Part shown: piece by piece, positions 37,098 to 49,903 of the stretch
Layout of the letters: each line of letters opens with the position of its first letter
Position numbering within the stretch: the stretch's first letter is position 1
DNA from: Azolla caroliniana
Lineage: Eukaryota > Plantae > Polypodiophyta
Assembly: GCA_043228905.1 (NCBI GenBank)
Contig: JBHGNT010000005.1
Location: forward strand, 12,400,001-12,464,000
DNA: 64,000 nucleotides
Reading direction: 5' to 3'
The notes under the pieces: model-generated
Told to the model about the DNA's origin: nothing
The model's database searches: none
Seen by the model: the letters and a program-made list of their open reading frames with translations, nothing else
Made by a program: the position numbers and the translations under genes

Positions 37098-37320
37098 GAG
37101 TACCCGGCTACGGAGAGCTGGATGGTGCAGACCCGGTGAAGACCGGATGAGGAGTACCCGGCTACGGAGAGCCGGATGGTGCAGACCCGGTGAAGACCGG
37201 ATGAGGAGTACCTGACTACGGAGAGCCGGATGGTGCAGACCCGGCGAAAACCGGATGAGGAGTACCCGGTTACGGAGAGCCGGATGGTGCAGACCCGGTG
37301 AGGAATGCTCACCGGATGAA
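37098..37320 (+). repeat. Four tandem 54-bp units in U3 of the 5' LTR
   Basis: tacc(c/t)g unit registers at 37101, 37155, 37209 and 37263. Confidence 0.95.
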
Positions 37321-37804
37321 GAGACATATTCGTAAATATGTTTCTGAGAGTTCATCGACACTATATTTGTAAATAGCCAAAAAGTCATATTAGTATAAAT
37401 ATGACTTAGGGCAAACTTTTAGATGTCTGCCGTTATTGTCATATTCTTGTTGGTGCAAGGATAGAGTGAGCGCGTAACTGTGTACAAAGAGAGAGACAGA
37501 GAAAGAGGTTGTTGCCTTTGTTGTAACCGCCGCCTGTGGCGAGGATTGTGAGCACGAGGTCGTTGCCTCCGTGAACTCACTGTTGTACATTCTAGCATAG
37601 TGATAGTTTGCAGTCTATGGGCTGCCGTGGTTTTTCCCTTAGTTTGGGTTTTCCACGTAAACATCCTGTGTACACTTCTCTTCTTCGTGTCGTTCATTAT
37701 TTCCCGTTTCTGTGTATGATTCTAAGCTCGGTTGTGGCCGAGCGTTGCGTATAAGGAGCTGTGTAGTTCCCGTCAAGTGGTATCAGAGCGAAACAACACA
37801 GAAA

Positions 37805-40800
37805 ATGGACGAATAGTTTGGCGGCATGTTGAAGCTCAGCGACTCCAACTATTCGGTATGGAAGTCGAAGTTGAGAGACATGCTCGTGGTTAAAGATCTT
37901 TGGTTGCCGGTTCAGTTTGGGGACAAGAGACTAGACAAAATCGACGCCACGATATGGGAGGTGATGCACATGAAGACAACGGCTTACATACGGTGCTTCA
38001 TCGACATGAGCCTATACAACAACTTCAATGAAGAGAGCAAGGCTCATGAGCTCTGGGAGAAGATCGGCATTATGTTTCAAAACAAAAATGTTGTTAATCA
38101 GGTTTCGGTGTTCCGGAAGCTAGTAAGACTCTGGTACCAAGATGGCTCCAGCATGGCAGAGCACATGAATGCCTTCCAGGGGCTGATCCACCAGGCAACA
38201 TCATTGGAAGTACCTCTTGCCGACGAGGTACTAGCACTACTCTTGCTCGGTTCCCTCCTAGATAGCTGGGAGACATTGCTTGTCACTTTGGGCAACGCCG
38301 GCCGGAAGGAAAGCGGTTATCCCTAGCAAGAGTAAAGTCGAGTTTGCTAGATGAGGAGGCGCGTCGGAAAGATAAAGATACGAGCTCCGACCCCAAAGCG
38401 CTCAGAACCGGGAAAAGTCGGGGACGCGGTCAAAGTCAAGGGGAAGACCCACTTGCTTCTATTGCGGCAAGCCGGGACACTTCCAGAAGAACTGTCGGCA
38501 TTTCCGAAAGGATAAGGAGACCGACGGTACCGATTCGAAGCGGACCCCGGACCGGAACGGTAAAGACCGGAGGGGGCCGGACCGGAAGGGAACGACGACA
38601 ATCGCGGCAAGTGAAGAAGAGTTGATGCTCATCACCGAGGAGAGTGAGATAAACCTTGCCAGCAACGAGATGACCTGGGTGGTAGACTCCGGAGCGTCGT
38701 TCCACCTTACCCCGGACCGGAAATGCTGCTCATCCTACTCAGCCAGTGATCACGGCTGTGTCCGGATGGGGAATGAAGGTACATGCCAAATTGTCGGCAT
38801 AGGAGACGTGTGGCTGACAACAGCAACCGGATGCAAGTTGCTGCTGAAGGATGTCTGACACGTTCCAGAGGTTCGTCTGAACCTGATATCAGCCGGTCGG
38901 CTAGATGATGAAGGCTACAAGGGTAGCATCCGGAACGTGTCATGAAGTTCAGCAAAGGGAGCCTGATTGTGGCTCGGGCCCGGAAGGTCAACACATTGTA
39001 CCTGATGAATGCCCGGTTGTGTCCGGAAGAAGTGAACGTTGTATCCGACACTGCCGGTGAGTTGTGGCACAAGAGGCTGTGTCATAGGAGCGAGAAGGGG
39101 ATGAAGAGGCTTGCAGACGACAACCTCATTCCAGTGAAGAACGTGCACTTGGAGAAGTGCACTGATTGTCTGGCCGGTAAGCAAAACCGGACCTCCTTCC
39201 GACCAAGGCCACGTAATGCACCACTGGAGTTGGTGCATACGGATGTGTGTCAGGTAGACACGAAGTCACATGCCGGAGCGCAGTACTTCGTGACATTCAT
39301 AGATGACCACAGCCGGAAGCTGTGGGCCACACCGTTGAAGACGAAGGATCAGGTGCTATCCGTCTTCAAAGAGCTCCACGCGAGAGTGGAAGGAGAAACT
39401 GGCGGGAAGCTGAAGGCGGTTCGAGCAGATAACGGAGGAGAATACCAGGGGTAGTTTGAGGAGTACTGCCGCTCGAAGGGAATCCGGCTCGAATTTACCA
39501 TGCCGAAGAAGCCGGAACTAAACGGACTGGCCGAGAGGATGAACCGAACCATAATGGAGAGGGTCGGAGTATGCTAGCGCATGCAAAACTACCCAAGAAG
39601 TTTTGGGCTAAGGCATTGTCGACGGCGACATATGTGATAAATAGATCACCCTCAGTACCCTTGGACGGAGACACGCCACAGAGAGTGTGGACCAGTAAGG
39701 AAGTATCCTACCGGCATCTGAAGGTGTTCGGGTGTCTCGTGTACGTGCATGTAGCTAAGGACCGAAGAGGAAAGTTAGATCCAAAGACCCGGCCATGCAT
39801 ATTCCTCGGTTACGGTGATGATGAGTTTGGCTACCGAGTGTGGGACCTGGTCGACAAGAAGGTATTCTGGAGTCGAGATATTATCTTCATGGAGGACAAG
39901 ACGCTCACCGACTGGGAGTCGGAAAAGAAGATAATGAACTCCGAGTCGACCGGTAAGGATCGACTCTACGATGAGCAGACCCAACCGGCAAGAGACCGGT
40001 TAGCACTCGAGGGACCAGCCGGTTACGATGAGGATACCGAACAGGCTGAAGAAGAAGTAGAGGAAGTTGAAACCGGAACCGGCCAAGACCCCGAATCTGA
40101 TTCGGATGAAGAGCATATGGAGGAGCCGGTTACCGAAGCCCGAAAACGGAGATATCCTCTCAAAGAGAGAAGGGCGCCCCAGAGATTTCCGGATGCAGAG
40201 CATGTTCTGCTGACCGATGAGGGGAGCCGGAAAGCTTCGAAGAAGCGAAGGATGACACCCACAGCCGCAAATGGTTGAGTGCCATGCAGGATGAGATGAA
40301 TTCCCTGCATGAGAACCATACGTACGAATTGGTGGAGTTGCCGAAAGGAAAGCGGGCACTCCGAAAGTTGAAACCGGGAGATGCCGGCAACCCCCCGAGA
40401 TACAAAGCCAGGATCATGGTGAAGGGGTTCCAACAGAAAAAGGGCGTGGACTTTGACGAGATATTTTCCCCAGTAGTAAAGATAACCTCCATCCGAACAC
40501 TGTTGAGTATAGCGGCAAGCATGGACCTCGAGGTAGAACAGCTGGACGTGAAGACGGCATTCCTTCACGGCGACCTCGAAGAGGAGATCTACATGCAGCA
40601 ACCGGAGGGATTTGTGGAGAAAGGGAAGGAGCACCTGGTATGCCGGTTGAAGAAGAGCCTCTACGGGTTGAAGCAGGCCCCCTGGCAATGGTATCGGAAG
40701 TTCGACTCCTTCATGACCGATCAAGGGTACCACAAGATGCAGGCCGATCACTGCGTGTTTGTGAAGAAGTTCGAAGGAGGCGACTTCCTGATACTCCTTC

Positions 40801-41780
40801 TGTACGTGGACGACATGTTGATCGTCGGACGGGACCAAGTCAAAATACGGATGCTGAAGAAGGCTCTCAACTGGACCTTCTCAATGAAAGACTTGGGTCC
40901 GGCAAGACAGATGCTGGGGATGCATATTATCCTGAACCGGTCAGCGAAGCAATTATGGCTGTCACAGGAGAAGTACATGACAAAGGTGCTTCACCGATTC
41001 AACATGTCAGATGCGAAACCGGTCAGATCGACACTTCCGGCAAACTGCAGGTTATCCGGTAAGCAAAGCCCGAAGACGAAAGCAGAGAAGGCGGATATGA
41101 TGAAGATTCCATATGCCTCTGCCGTCGGGAGCTTAATGTAGGCAATGGTTTGTACCCGACCGGATATAGGATACGTAGTCGGAGTGGTGAGCCAGTTCAT
41201 GAGCAATCCCGGCAGGGAGCACTGGAATGTGGTCAAATGGATACTCCGGTATTTGAAGGGCACTTCAAATATGTGTCTCCGATTCGGCTCTGGAAAACCT
41301 CAACTGGACGGATTCACCGATTCGGACATGTTGGCTGATGTGGATACCAGCCGGTCTACATCCGGGTATGTAATGACATATGCAGGGGGAGTTGTTTCGT
41401 GGCAGTCGAGGCTACAGAAGACGGTTGCATTGTCAACCACGGAGGCGGAGTACATGGTAGTTGTGGAAGCCGGCAAGGAAATATTATGGATGAAGGACTT
41501 CATCGGAGAGCTCAGTATCCGGCAAGAGGAATACCGGCTCTATTGCGACAGTCAAAGTGCCATCCACCTTGCTAAGAATGCGGCCTACCATTCTCAGACG
41601 AAGCATATCCAGCGAAGATATCACTGGATCCGGGAAAGAGTAGATGACCAGGAGTTCGCGTTGACAAAGATCCACACGACCGAGAACGGGTCAGATATGT
41701 TGACCAAAGTTCTGATACCCTACAAGTTGGATGCATGCTGGAAGCGGATCAGACTGATCAGACACCCCATGTCGGAGTGA
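37805..41780 (+). pseudogene. pol: copia gag-PR-INT-RT-RH with frameshifts and stops
   Basis: WVVDSGASFH, LWHKRL.H, FIDDHSRK, RADNGGEY, QLDVKTAFLHG, LLYVDDML, ALSTTEAEY. Confidence 0.95.
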
Positions 41781-43547
41781 AGGGGGAGTTTGTTGGGAGA
41801 CAGGTCCCTCCGGATGGGAAGGGAGAAGAACAGTGCCGACGAACAATCTCGGCCGAGGCCGAAACTGGATGAGGAGAACCCGGCTACGGAGAGCCGGATG
41901 GTGCAGACCCGGTGAGGAATTCTCACCGGATGAAGAGACATATTCGTAAATATGTTTCTAAGAGTCCATCGAGGCTATATTTGTAAATAGCCAAAAAGTC
42001 GTATTCATATAAATATGACTTAGGGCAAACTTTTAGATGTCTGTCGATATTGTCATATTCTTGTTGGTGCAAGGATAGAGTGAGCGCATAACTGTGTACA
42101 AAGAGAGAGACAGAGAAAGAGGTTGTTGCCTCTGTTGTAACCGCCGCCTATGGCGAGGATCGTGAGCACGAGGTTGTTGCCTCCGTGAACTCACTGTTGT
42201 ACATTCTAGCATAGTGATAGTTTGCAGTCTGTGGGCTGTCGTGGTTTTTCCCTTAGTTTGGGTTTTCCACATAAACATCCTGTGTACACTTCTCTTCTTC
42301 GTGTCGTTCATTATTTCCCATTTCTGTGTATGATTCTAAGCTCGGTTGTGGCCGAGCGTTGCGTATAAGGAGCTGTGTAGTTCTCGTCAAGATGGAACGA
42401 CGCATCTGAGTCAACCACCCATGTCGTTTCATCGCTGACAAGCCGCAACTCACTCTCCTTGGTGATTAGCAACAGTTCTTCTTCACTTGTCCTGATCGCC
42501 GACATTTCTCTTTCCCGAAATCTTCTTCGGTTCTGGAATGTCGGCTCGCCCGTTTGTTTTCCGGAAGTGTCGACAATTCTTCTGGAAATTCCCTATCTGT
42601 CCACAATAGAAGCAAGTGGGCCTCCCCCTTGACTTCGACCTCTTCCCCAGTTATGATCGTCTTCCGTAACCAAGGCCTTCGGATCGGTTCCTGATTCCCG
42701 GTCCTTCCGGCGAGCTTCTTCATCCAACAAGCTCGACTTTACCCTTGCTAGGGACAACTGTTTTCCTTCCGGCTCAGCGTTGCCCAAGGTGACAACTAGC
42801 GTCTCCCAACTATCTGGGAGGGAACCGAGTAGGAGCAATGCAAGTACCTCATCGACTAGAGGTACTTCTAGTGAGGTTGTTTGATTTATGATCCTCTAGA
42901 AAGCATTCATGTGCTTTGACATGCTGGATCCGTCTTGGTACCGGAGTCTCACTAACCTCCGAAATACCGAAACCCGATTTACGACGTTTTTACTATCCAA
43001 CATGATACCGATTTTCTCCCAGAGCACATGAGTCTTGCTTTCTTCATTGAAGTTTTTGTAAAGGCTCATATCGATGAAGCACCTAATGTATGCCGTCGTC
43101 TTCATATGCATCACCTCCCACATCGTGGCATCGATCTTGACCGCTTTCTTGTCCCCAAACTGTCCCGGCAGCGAGAGATCTTTGACCACGAGCATGTCCC
43201 TAATCTTCGACTTCCACATTGGATAGTTGGAGCTGGTGAGCTTGAACATGCTTCCGAATGACTCTTCCATTTGTTGTTGTCTCTGATACAAGTTTGTGCG
43301 GAAAAGGGGCTCGGCCACAACCGAGTTGAACGCTCAACAGAAGATCAAAACAGAAGTGGAGATTAATACACTTACACAGACAACATAGAGGACACATGAT
43401 GTTTACGTGGAAAACCCTAATCGGGAAAAACCACGGGAGCCCACAGACTCCAACTTCCCCTTGAGAGTAATGAGGGTACAATAGGAGAATCTGAGGCAAC
43501 CACCTCGAGCTCTAAATCTTTGTCAACCGGCGATTACAACAGAAACT

Positions 43548-43550
<3 letters not shown>

Positions 43551-43626
<76 letters not shown>
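43551..43626. repeat. (TC)n microsatellite inside an LTR
   Basis: Uninterrupted TC run of ~76 bp. Confidence 0.98.
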
Positions 43627-43628
<2 letters not shown>

Positions 43629-43990
43629 GACTTAGCTCGCATGCATTGAGATGTGAGACGGGGCGTTGGGGCACAAGTGATGAGAGTGACCGACTATGCA
43701 CACTTTGCCCTAAACAAGTCCGAGAGTCTGAGTATCACACTTTGATACAATGCTCTGCCTTTGATCATATTCGGCCATGCTTTCCACATCTCTTTGGAGC
43801 CCAATCCTTGCACGAATTTCTCTCACAACCACGATGTGCACTCTCGATTGCAACATTCATTGGCAAAGTTCTTGAGCATCGTGAGTCGCTACTCACCTTC
43901 ACACGTATCACGTGACATGTAATATTTTTGGTCTCATAGGTCATATTTGACCTCCGAAGACGATAATATAATCTATCTATCTATCTATCT
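43627..43990 (+). mobile_element. 5'-truncated non-LTR retrotransposon (LINE) 3' end with (ATCT)n tail
   Basis: RLSSHALRCETGRW...RLCTLC...ESEYHTLIQC...IR is a LINE ORF2 C-terminal CCHC motif. Stop at 43915, tail 43971-43990, flanked by (TC)n on both sides. Confidence 0.82.
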
Positions 43991-44056
43991 CTCTCTCTCT
44001 CTCTCTCTTTGTATCACAATAACTTATGAACACTATTTCCCTAGTTATATTTATAT

Positions 44057-45560
44057 ATTAGATCCAGCTTGTTACGGCTCCGGTTTCTTTCAGTGGGGAA
44101 CGGAAGTTGGCAGGCTTCACATATTTGTGCCTTCCAGCCACTAAATTTCGGCAATCCGAAAACAACCTGTTTCGATTGCGGGTCTTGAAGCCTCTGGTAA
44201 TTGACGTGGCCGATCCGCTTGTACCACAAATCGATATCTGACTCGAGCTTCTGACCCTTTGCGAATAAATCGGTGCCTACATCGTTGGTGTTGAGGATGA
44301 ACATCCTCCCCTCCCGGCGCCCTTGTGCGATGACTTTGCCCTCTTCTTCGATGAAGCACCCGAGGTGCGTGAACCAAACCTACATCCCTTGATTGACAAT
44401 CTATCCGACTGATACCAAATTCTTTGTGATTTTCAGGACGTGCAAGAAGTTCATAAGCTTTCCCTTCTGCCTGACATGGTTGAGGGGAACCTCTCCGATG
44501 TGCTCGATGGTGTGCAGGGTGTCGTCTCTAGTTTTGACCACCCCCGGTTGATCCGGTTTTTCTAGATAAGAAAACCACTCCGCGTGGCTTGTCATATGGT
44601 TAGATGCTCCAGAATCAACATACCATACCTCATTTGGTTTCGAGGTGCTTGCTTGTCTTCATCGAATTGGCCTTGTGTTTCATCACAAAGTCCGGGCCTG
44701 ATCCATTCCCAAAACCGGATCCTTCCGGCCATAGTACCAACATTCCATCGTAGTCTTCTCCGGCCGACTCCCGGCATTACCTTCACTCCCCTTGCTTGTG
44801 GAGGGTCCGGAACTGTTATCGGCACTATCTCTGTGCCTCCGGTTCTGCTCTTTTCGGCTGTTGTTACTGCTTGTCGACCGATCACGTCCTCCATGCCCAC
44901 GGGGCCGATCCACCTCCGTGTACAACATGTTCTTGTTGGTGTGTGTGTGCTTGTTGATTCACCCGTGTGGTTCTCCTCTACAAGGAGCATCGACTGTAAG
45001 TTAAAAAAACAAGGGGGTATTCTGCCTTGTACAGATAGTCGTTCAGAATGCTCTGAACTTTGACGTTAGGCCCTCGAGACAGACTTGCACCATCTGATCT
45101 TTCTCGATGGTCACGTTGATAGAGGCAAGTGAATTACAAATGTCTTTGATCTGGGTCGTATAGTCGGCCACCGACATGTCCTTCTAGCGGACATTGCTCA
45201 ACTCCTATCGGAGTTGTAGCTTCCGAGTCATGGTGCTTCTGGCGAAGACCTTCTTAAGGTTTCCCCAAGCTTCCTTCAACGTCTTGGCATCCCAGATATG
45301 GCTCAACAGTTGATCGTCGACACTGGATGCAAAGCAGTACATAACTCCGCTTGCCGCTTGTTCCCAAGTCGAGAAGCCCCTGTGTGCTGCATCAGGTGTT
45401 CTATCGTTAGCTCCATCGACATAACTCCAGGTACTGGTGAATCTTGTACCACCAAGATGCATAGTTGGATCTGTCGAGCTTCTCCATTATGAGCGAGCTA
45501 GCCATTCCTTGCTCCATATTTTCCTTCTGTCTATTCTCTACCAGGTGTTAGGGTTTGTCT
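44057..45560 (-). pseudogene. gag: copia family A gag, PR and GAG-pre-integrase fragment
   Basis: WEQAASGVMYCF, MTSHAEWFSYLEKP, LWYKRIGHVN, CEACQL. Confidence 0.88.
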
Positions 45561-47037
45561 TCACATCCTAAGGATGCACATTATTCGGGATCGAACAAAG
45601 AAGCTGTTATGGTTGTCACAGGAGAAATATGTGACAAAGGTGCTCTAGAGGTTCAACATGCAGAACGTGAAGCCGGTGGGCTCGACACTACCAACAAATA
45701 GTAAGTTGTCCGGAAGTCAATGTCCGAAGACGAAAACAGAGATGACTGAGATGAACAAGGTCCCATATGCCTAAGTAGTCGGAAGCCTGATGTATGCAAT
45801 GCTCTGCACCAGGCCGGACATCACATATGGAGTCGGAGTCGTCAGTCGATATATGAGCAATCCCGAAACAAAGCATTGGACCACGATGAAATGGATACTT
45901 CAGTACCTGAGAGGCACCCCGATTCGGCTCAAGTAACCCCACATTGGAAGGTTATACAGATTCAGACATGTTGGCTGATGTGGATACCAGCCGATCCACG
46001 TCCGGATACGTAATGACTTATGCAAGGGGAGCTGTCTTGTGGCAGTCTAGGTTGCAGAAGGTCATGGCGTTGTCAACCACGAAAGCTGAGTACATGGCCA
46101 CAGCAGAATCTGGCAAGGAAGTCATATGAATGAAGGATTATATTAGAGAGCTGTGAATTCGGTAGGAGGAATTCCGACTCTACGGGGATAACCGAAGTAA
46201 CATCCACCTTGCGAAGAATGTTGCTTACCACTGAAGGACCAAGCACATTCAAAGGAGATACCACTGGCTTCGAGAGTGAGTAGAAGAAAGGGAGTTTTCT
46301 CTGATGAAGATCCACACAACGGAGAATGGGTCGGACATGCTGACGAAGGTGCTATCGGTAGAAAAGCTGAGTGCGTGCCAACAAAGGGTCGAATTGATCA
46401 CATACCCCATGCCTGAGTGAAGGGGGAGTTTGTTGGGAATACAGGTCCCTCCGGATGGGAAGAGCATGAACTGAATGGAATGGAATGGAATCGATAGGAA
46501 AACTCGGTGGAGGCCAAAAATTGATTTCCGAAAAAATCGACTAATCAACAATCGATTCGGTTATTAGCCGAATCGGTCAAAGCCGACTCACGAGGGGGCT
46601 ATAAGTGTAAATAGCCTCAATGTGCCCTTAGTGGGCCATAGTTGTAAATAGCCCATATTGTATATGTGTATAAATATACTTAGGGCAAGTAATTAAAAAA
46701 GGAAGAATGATCATTGTGAAAAGCTATGGTTGGTTGTTGCCACTGTAACTGAGTGAGTGGAAGAGAGAGTGAGAGTTGTAACTCTGTTGTTGTCTGTTAG
46801 ACGAAGCAGAGCCCAAGGTCGTTGCCTTGAAGCTTCTCGTTGTACTCCTTCTATCTTAGTCATTGTGTTCGGAGTTTGTGGACTCCCGTGGTTTTTTCGA
46901 TACTCGGGCTTTCCACGTAAAAATATCTTGTGTCTCTGTACTTGAGCAGTCTATTTTCTGTTTTATCTTGTCTTCTTGATCTTTGCACCCACATACATAT
47001 ACCTGCTAACCGGTTGTGGCAAGATCAATTCTCAACA
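45561..47037 (+). mobile_element. 3' part of a Tnt1-like copia (RT end, RH, PPT, 3' LTR 46431-47037)
   Basis: GYTDSD, RSTSGYV, ALSTTKAEY, then agggggagtt followed by TGTTGGGA...CAACA. Confidence 0.9.
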
Positions 47038-49891
47038 TATTTTGGTTCGGCCCCATCCAAAACTAATCAAATTATGCTGCTAGGTTTGTTTTATATTCGC
47101 GGTGTGCATCCATGGTCTTCCTAACAAGAGAGGGTATGTCCCTAGTACGTCCAGTGGTAGTACTACTGCTGATATGTCGAATGCATGTCCTCCTACCATG
47201 ATTCCCAGTTTCTGAATTAGTTTGAAGGATCGGACTGAGTAGGTGTCGGCCATACGAAGCCAAAATGAATAGGCCTCCAAGTTCTGGATACCCAAGCGGT
47301 TGCATACATGTATTCTTGTTGATGACGTTGATTGTCGAACCGTTGTCAATTATGCACCCTGAGATCTCTTCCCCCTTGATAATAATTTTTATCACCGGCC
47401 CATCAGTAGATTCGGTGAAGTTCGCTGAGATAATTGCTTGATCCTCCTTTCGTACCCTTGCCTCAATTGATTGCTTAAACCACGGAACTAAATTTTGCAA
47501 TTTGTGCATAGACATCATGATCTAATAGTCGACAAGGGCCTACCAAATGGGTTCTTGGCCCATTTTTTTGTCATCGATCGGTGGTTGTGGAGCGGTCGTT
47601 ATTGTCGGACTATTGTTGACGTCTTGTCGCATGCGTTCGACATTCACGTCATTCGCGTTGTCGATCCATGCTTGCGCAGACTTCCGGATCTCGTCTTGTA
47701 CTTCCCAATCCGATGCCTTTGCTTTGCTTCGCGTAGTGACCTGCTGAACCTCCGCTGCGATGGTGTTGACTGCCAGCTCCGTACCCTTATCCCGTCACGG
47801 ACATTGAGTGACGTAATGTCCGGGTTGCTAGTAGATAAAGTAATGTAGGCTCGACTTGCCTCGTTCTACAATTGGCGGAGGTGTTGGCTCTGTTTGTCAT
47901 TCGGGTTCATCCCGGGGTCGAGGTTGGTACTGATATTGCCTTGTATAATGAGGCATTCGTCAATTATCCCGTCAGCTGTTACGATCGGTCATGGGTGGGA
48001 TTCTCGTCCATCTGACGAGGATTTTGAGGTCGCTGGTTGTCCCCATAGTTTCTAGGTTCGGTGTGGCCACCCCTAATGTTCGTCGGTTGACGATTTTCAA
48101 ATTGAGGTGCGTACTCATTATCGTATCAATCCTCGCATCTGTAGTCATCCTCCCAATAACGATCCTCTTCATGCCGGGGTCTTTCATTGGAACAGGGACG
48201 CTCCTCGTCCCCATATCGAACTGTTTGCCAAAAGCGATCATATGATTGCCATCGGCTGTTTTGTGGTTCAACTTGCCAAACTGGGGCCACGAGTCTGTTC
48301 AGGAGGTTATATTCACACTTCTCTAGTGTGGGCCCTACAGTGGTAGATCGAGCAGTGCAACCGCAAGGTACATTCAACCGGGGTTGAGGCATGTCGTGCA
48401 GTGAACTGCTTGACGGAAACATACTTCGTCATCTTCAGGCAAGGCTCACTGCAAGGCTATCATGGACATGTTGCTGCTTGTTTGGGCACTATCCAATCGA
48501 AGTACGTGATCAATGACTTCTTTAGGTGTTTTCCTTGTAAAGTCAACCACCACTAAAGTCGTCCGTAGGGGCTCACGAAGGGCCGACAAAAATGTTTCTT
48601 TAAGCTCGTCTACTAAGGTTAGCCATGTCAGTTGGTGTCGGAGACTTTGGAAGCGAATAATGAATTGTGGAACGGTTTCATGAGCGTCCGGACCAATCGT
48701 GTAAAACTAACTCATCAGTTTGCGTTGTGGGATCCGATGATGGAACAATCGGAGGAACTTGTCCTTCAACTATTCAAAATTTGGGAATTCCTCCGAGTCG
48801 TGTTGCAAATACCACTTCGCCACCTACCCGTCCAGGGATAACCTGAACTCAGCTATCTTTGATGCATTTGCGTCGGCCTCTACTAGGCGTTGGGACATGT
48901 GGTCGGCTTGCCATGTGGTTAAGAAGGCGCACACATGCGCCTCCGCGTCTGCCTAATCATTGTATCAGGGGTACGGGTACGACATTGTGATGAAGTCGGG
49001 ATGTCATATGTGTCCCCGATAGGGTTGTTAACGTGGTCAGTAGTGTGGTGGTTATAGTCCCCGTTGTAATTGACCTCTGAACTACTACCGTTGGCTACTC
49101 TGGTTTTGAACTGTGCCTTGGAAAGCACCTCCAGCATTGAGTGGGCGTGTTCAGTGAGGGTGGATTCTATCACACATTCGTTGTGATATGGTAGAGGAAT
49201 GTCTAGTAGTGATGGTTCCGTGGACGTGGGTGTGACTTTTGCCGCGTGTCGGAATTCTGCTCGAGTGTGGGGTTTACTTCGTCTCATCGTCTCTTTGTTG
49301 CCACGTCAGTTAGATGACATCCATACCCATGTTGTTCTCTTTGTATACACAGTTCCACCAGGCATACCAAAAATGTTACCGGCCTAAGGTGACACAGTGT
49401 CAGATACTCGTCCTTCAATATCCAACTCAAGGTCTCGTGGTAAGGGAAGGATTGTAGCGGTAAATCGTTTAGTGATGTAAGAACATAATCGTTGCATGTA
49501 TGAATTGAACTTAGTGTGGTTGTGGAGACTGTGGAGACTGAAAATCCGAGCCGGGTACAACCGACTGGTGGCGTGCGCGATACACAAAGCACTTACAGAT
49601 GCTCAACACAAATAAGAACTTCGACACATAACACAGAGTACGAGCAAACAGATTTCTATTATCAAGAACACTCAATACAATACTTATTCAATTAGCTTTT
49701 TACATTCTTTCCATGCCCTTATTATAGGGATCATGGGTGGTTACATTTAGAGCGTGAACCATTACTACTAATAATAACTAGGTGTCGTTTTAAGTTCGTC
49801 TTCTTAACTCCTCGTGGGCCCCATCCATCTTTTGTTCGGCTCGTAACTGTTTCTCGGCCATTTCACACTTGGTTGTCCGAACTGGCCAACA
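47038..49891 (-). mobile_element. 5' part of an Athila-like gypsy (gypsy-5): LTR 49374-~49891, PBS 49352-49369, decayed gag and protease
   Basis: Minus-strand PBS TGGTATGCCTGGTGGAAC (decayed Arg type). CEYNLLNR, IIDNGS and YPLLLGRPW motifs. Confidence 0.85.
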
Positions 49892-49903
49892 ATCCAAAAC
49901 AAT

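Larger units (their letters stand above)
37066..42389 (+). mobile_element. Full-length Tnt1/Tork-like copia (family B), 5-bp TSD AGATG; gag-pol disrupted
   Basis: LTRs 37066-37775 and 41791-42389. PBS tggtatcagagc at 37778-37789. PPT agggggag before 41791. TSD at 37061-37065 and 42390-42394. Confidence 0.97.
33912..44056 (-). mobile_element. Older Tnt1/Tork-like copia (family B) with partial LTRs (33912-~34396, 43295-~44056), PBS remnant 43281-43290 and three nested insertions
   Basis: gag 42896-43318. Protease WVVDSDASFHL continues across the 37066-42389 insertion. RT/RH at 34397-35374. The two LTR remnants are similar. Confidence 0.85.

Noticed and set aside
37098-37320. Regular repeats resembling a CRISPR array
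   Set aside because: Head-to-tail 54-bp units without unique spacers, inside a plant LTR, and no cas genes.
45564-45576. Palindrome CATCCT-A-AGGATG near a strand-switch junction
   Set aside because: Nearly the same sequence is native to family B RT (HILGMH, see ~35255-35270), so it was not created by the junction.
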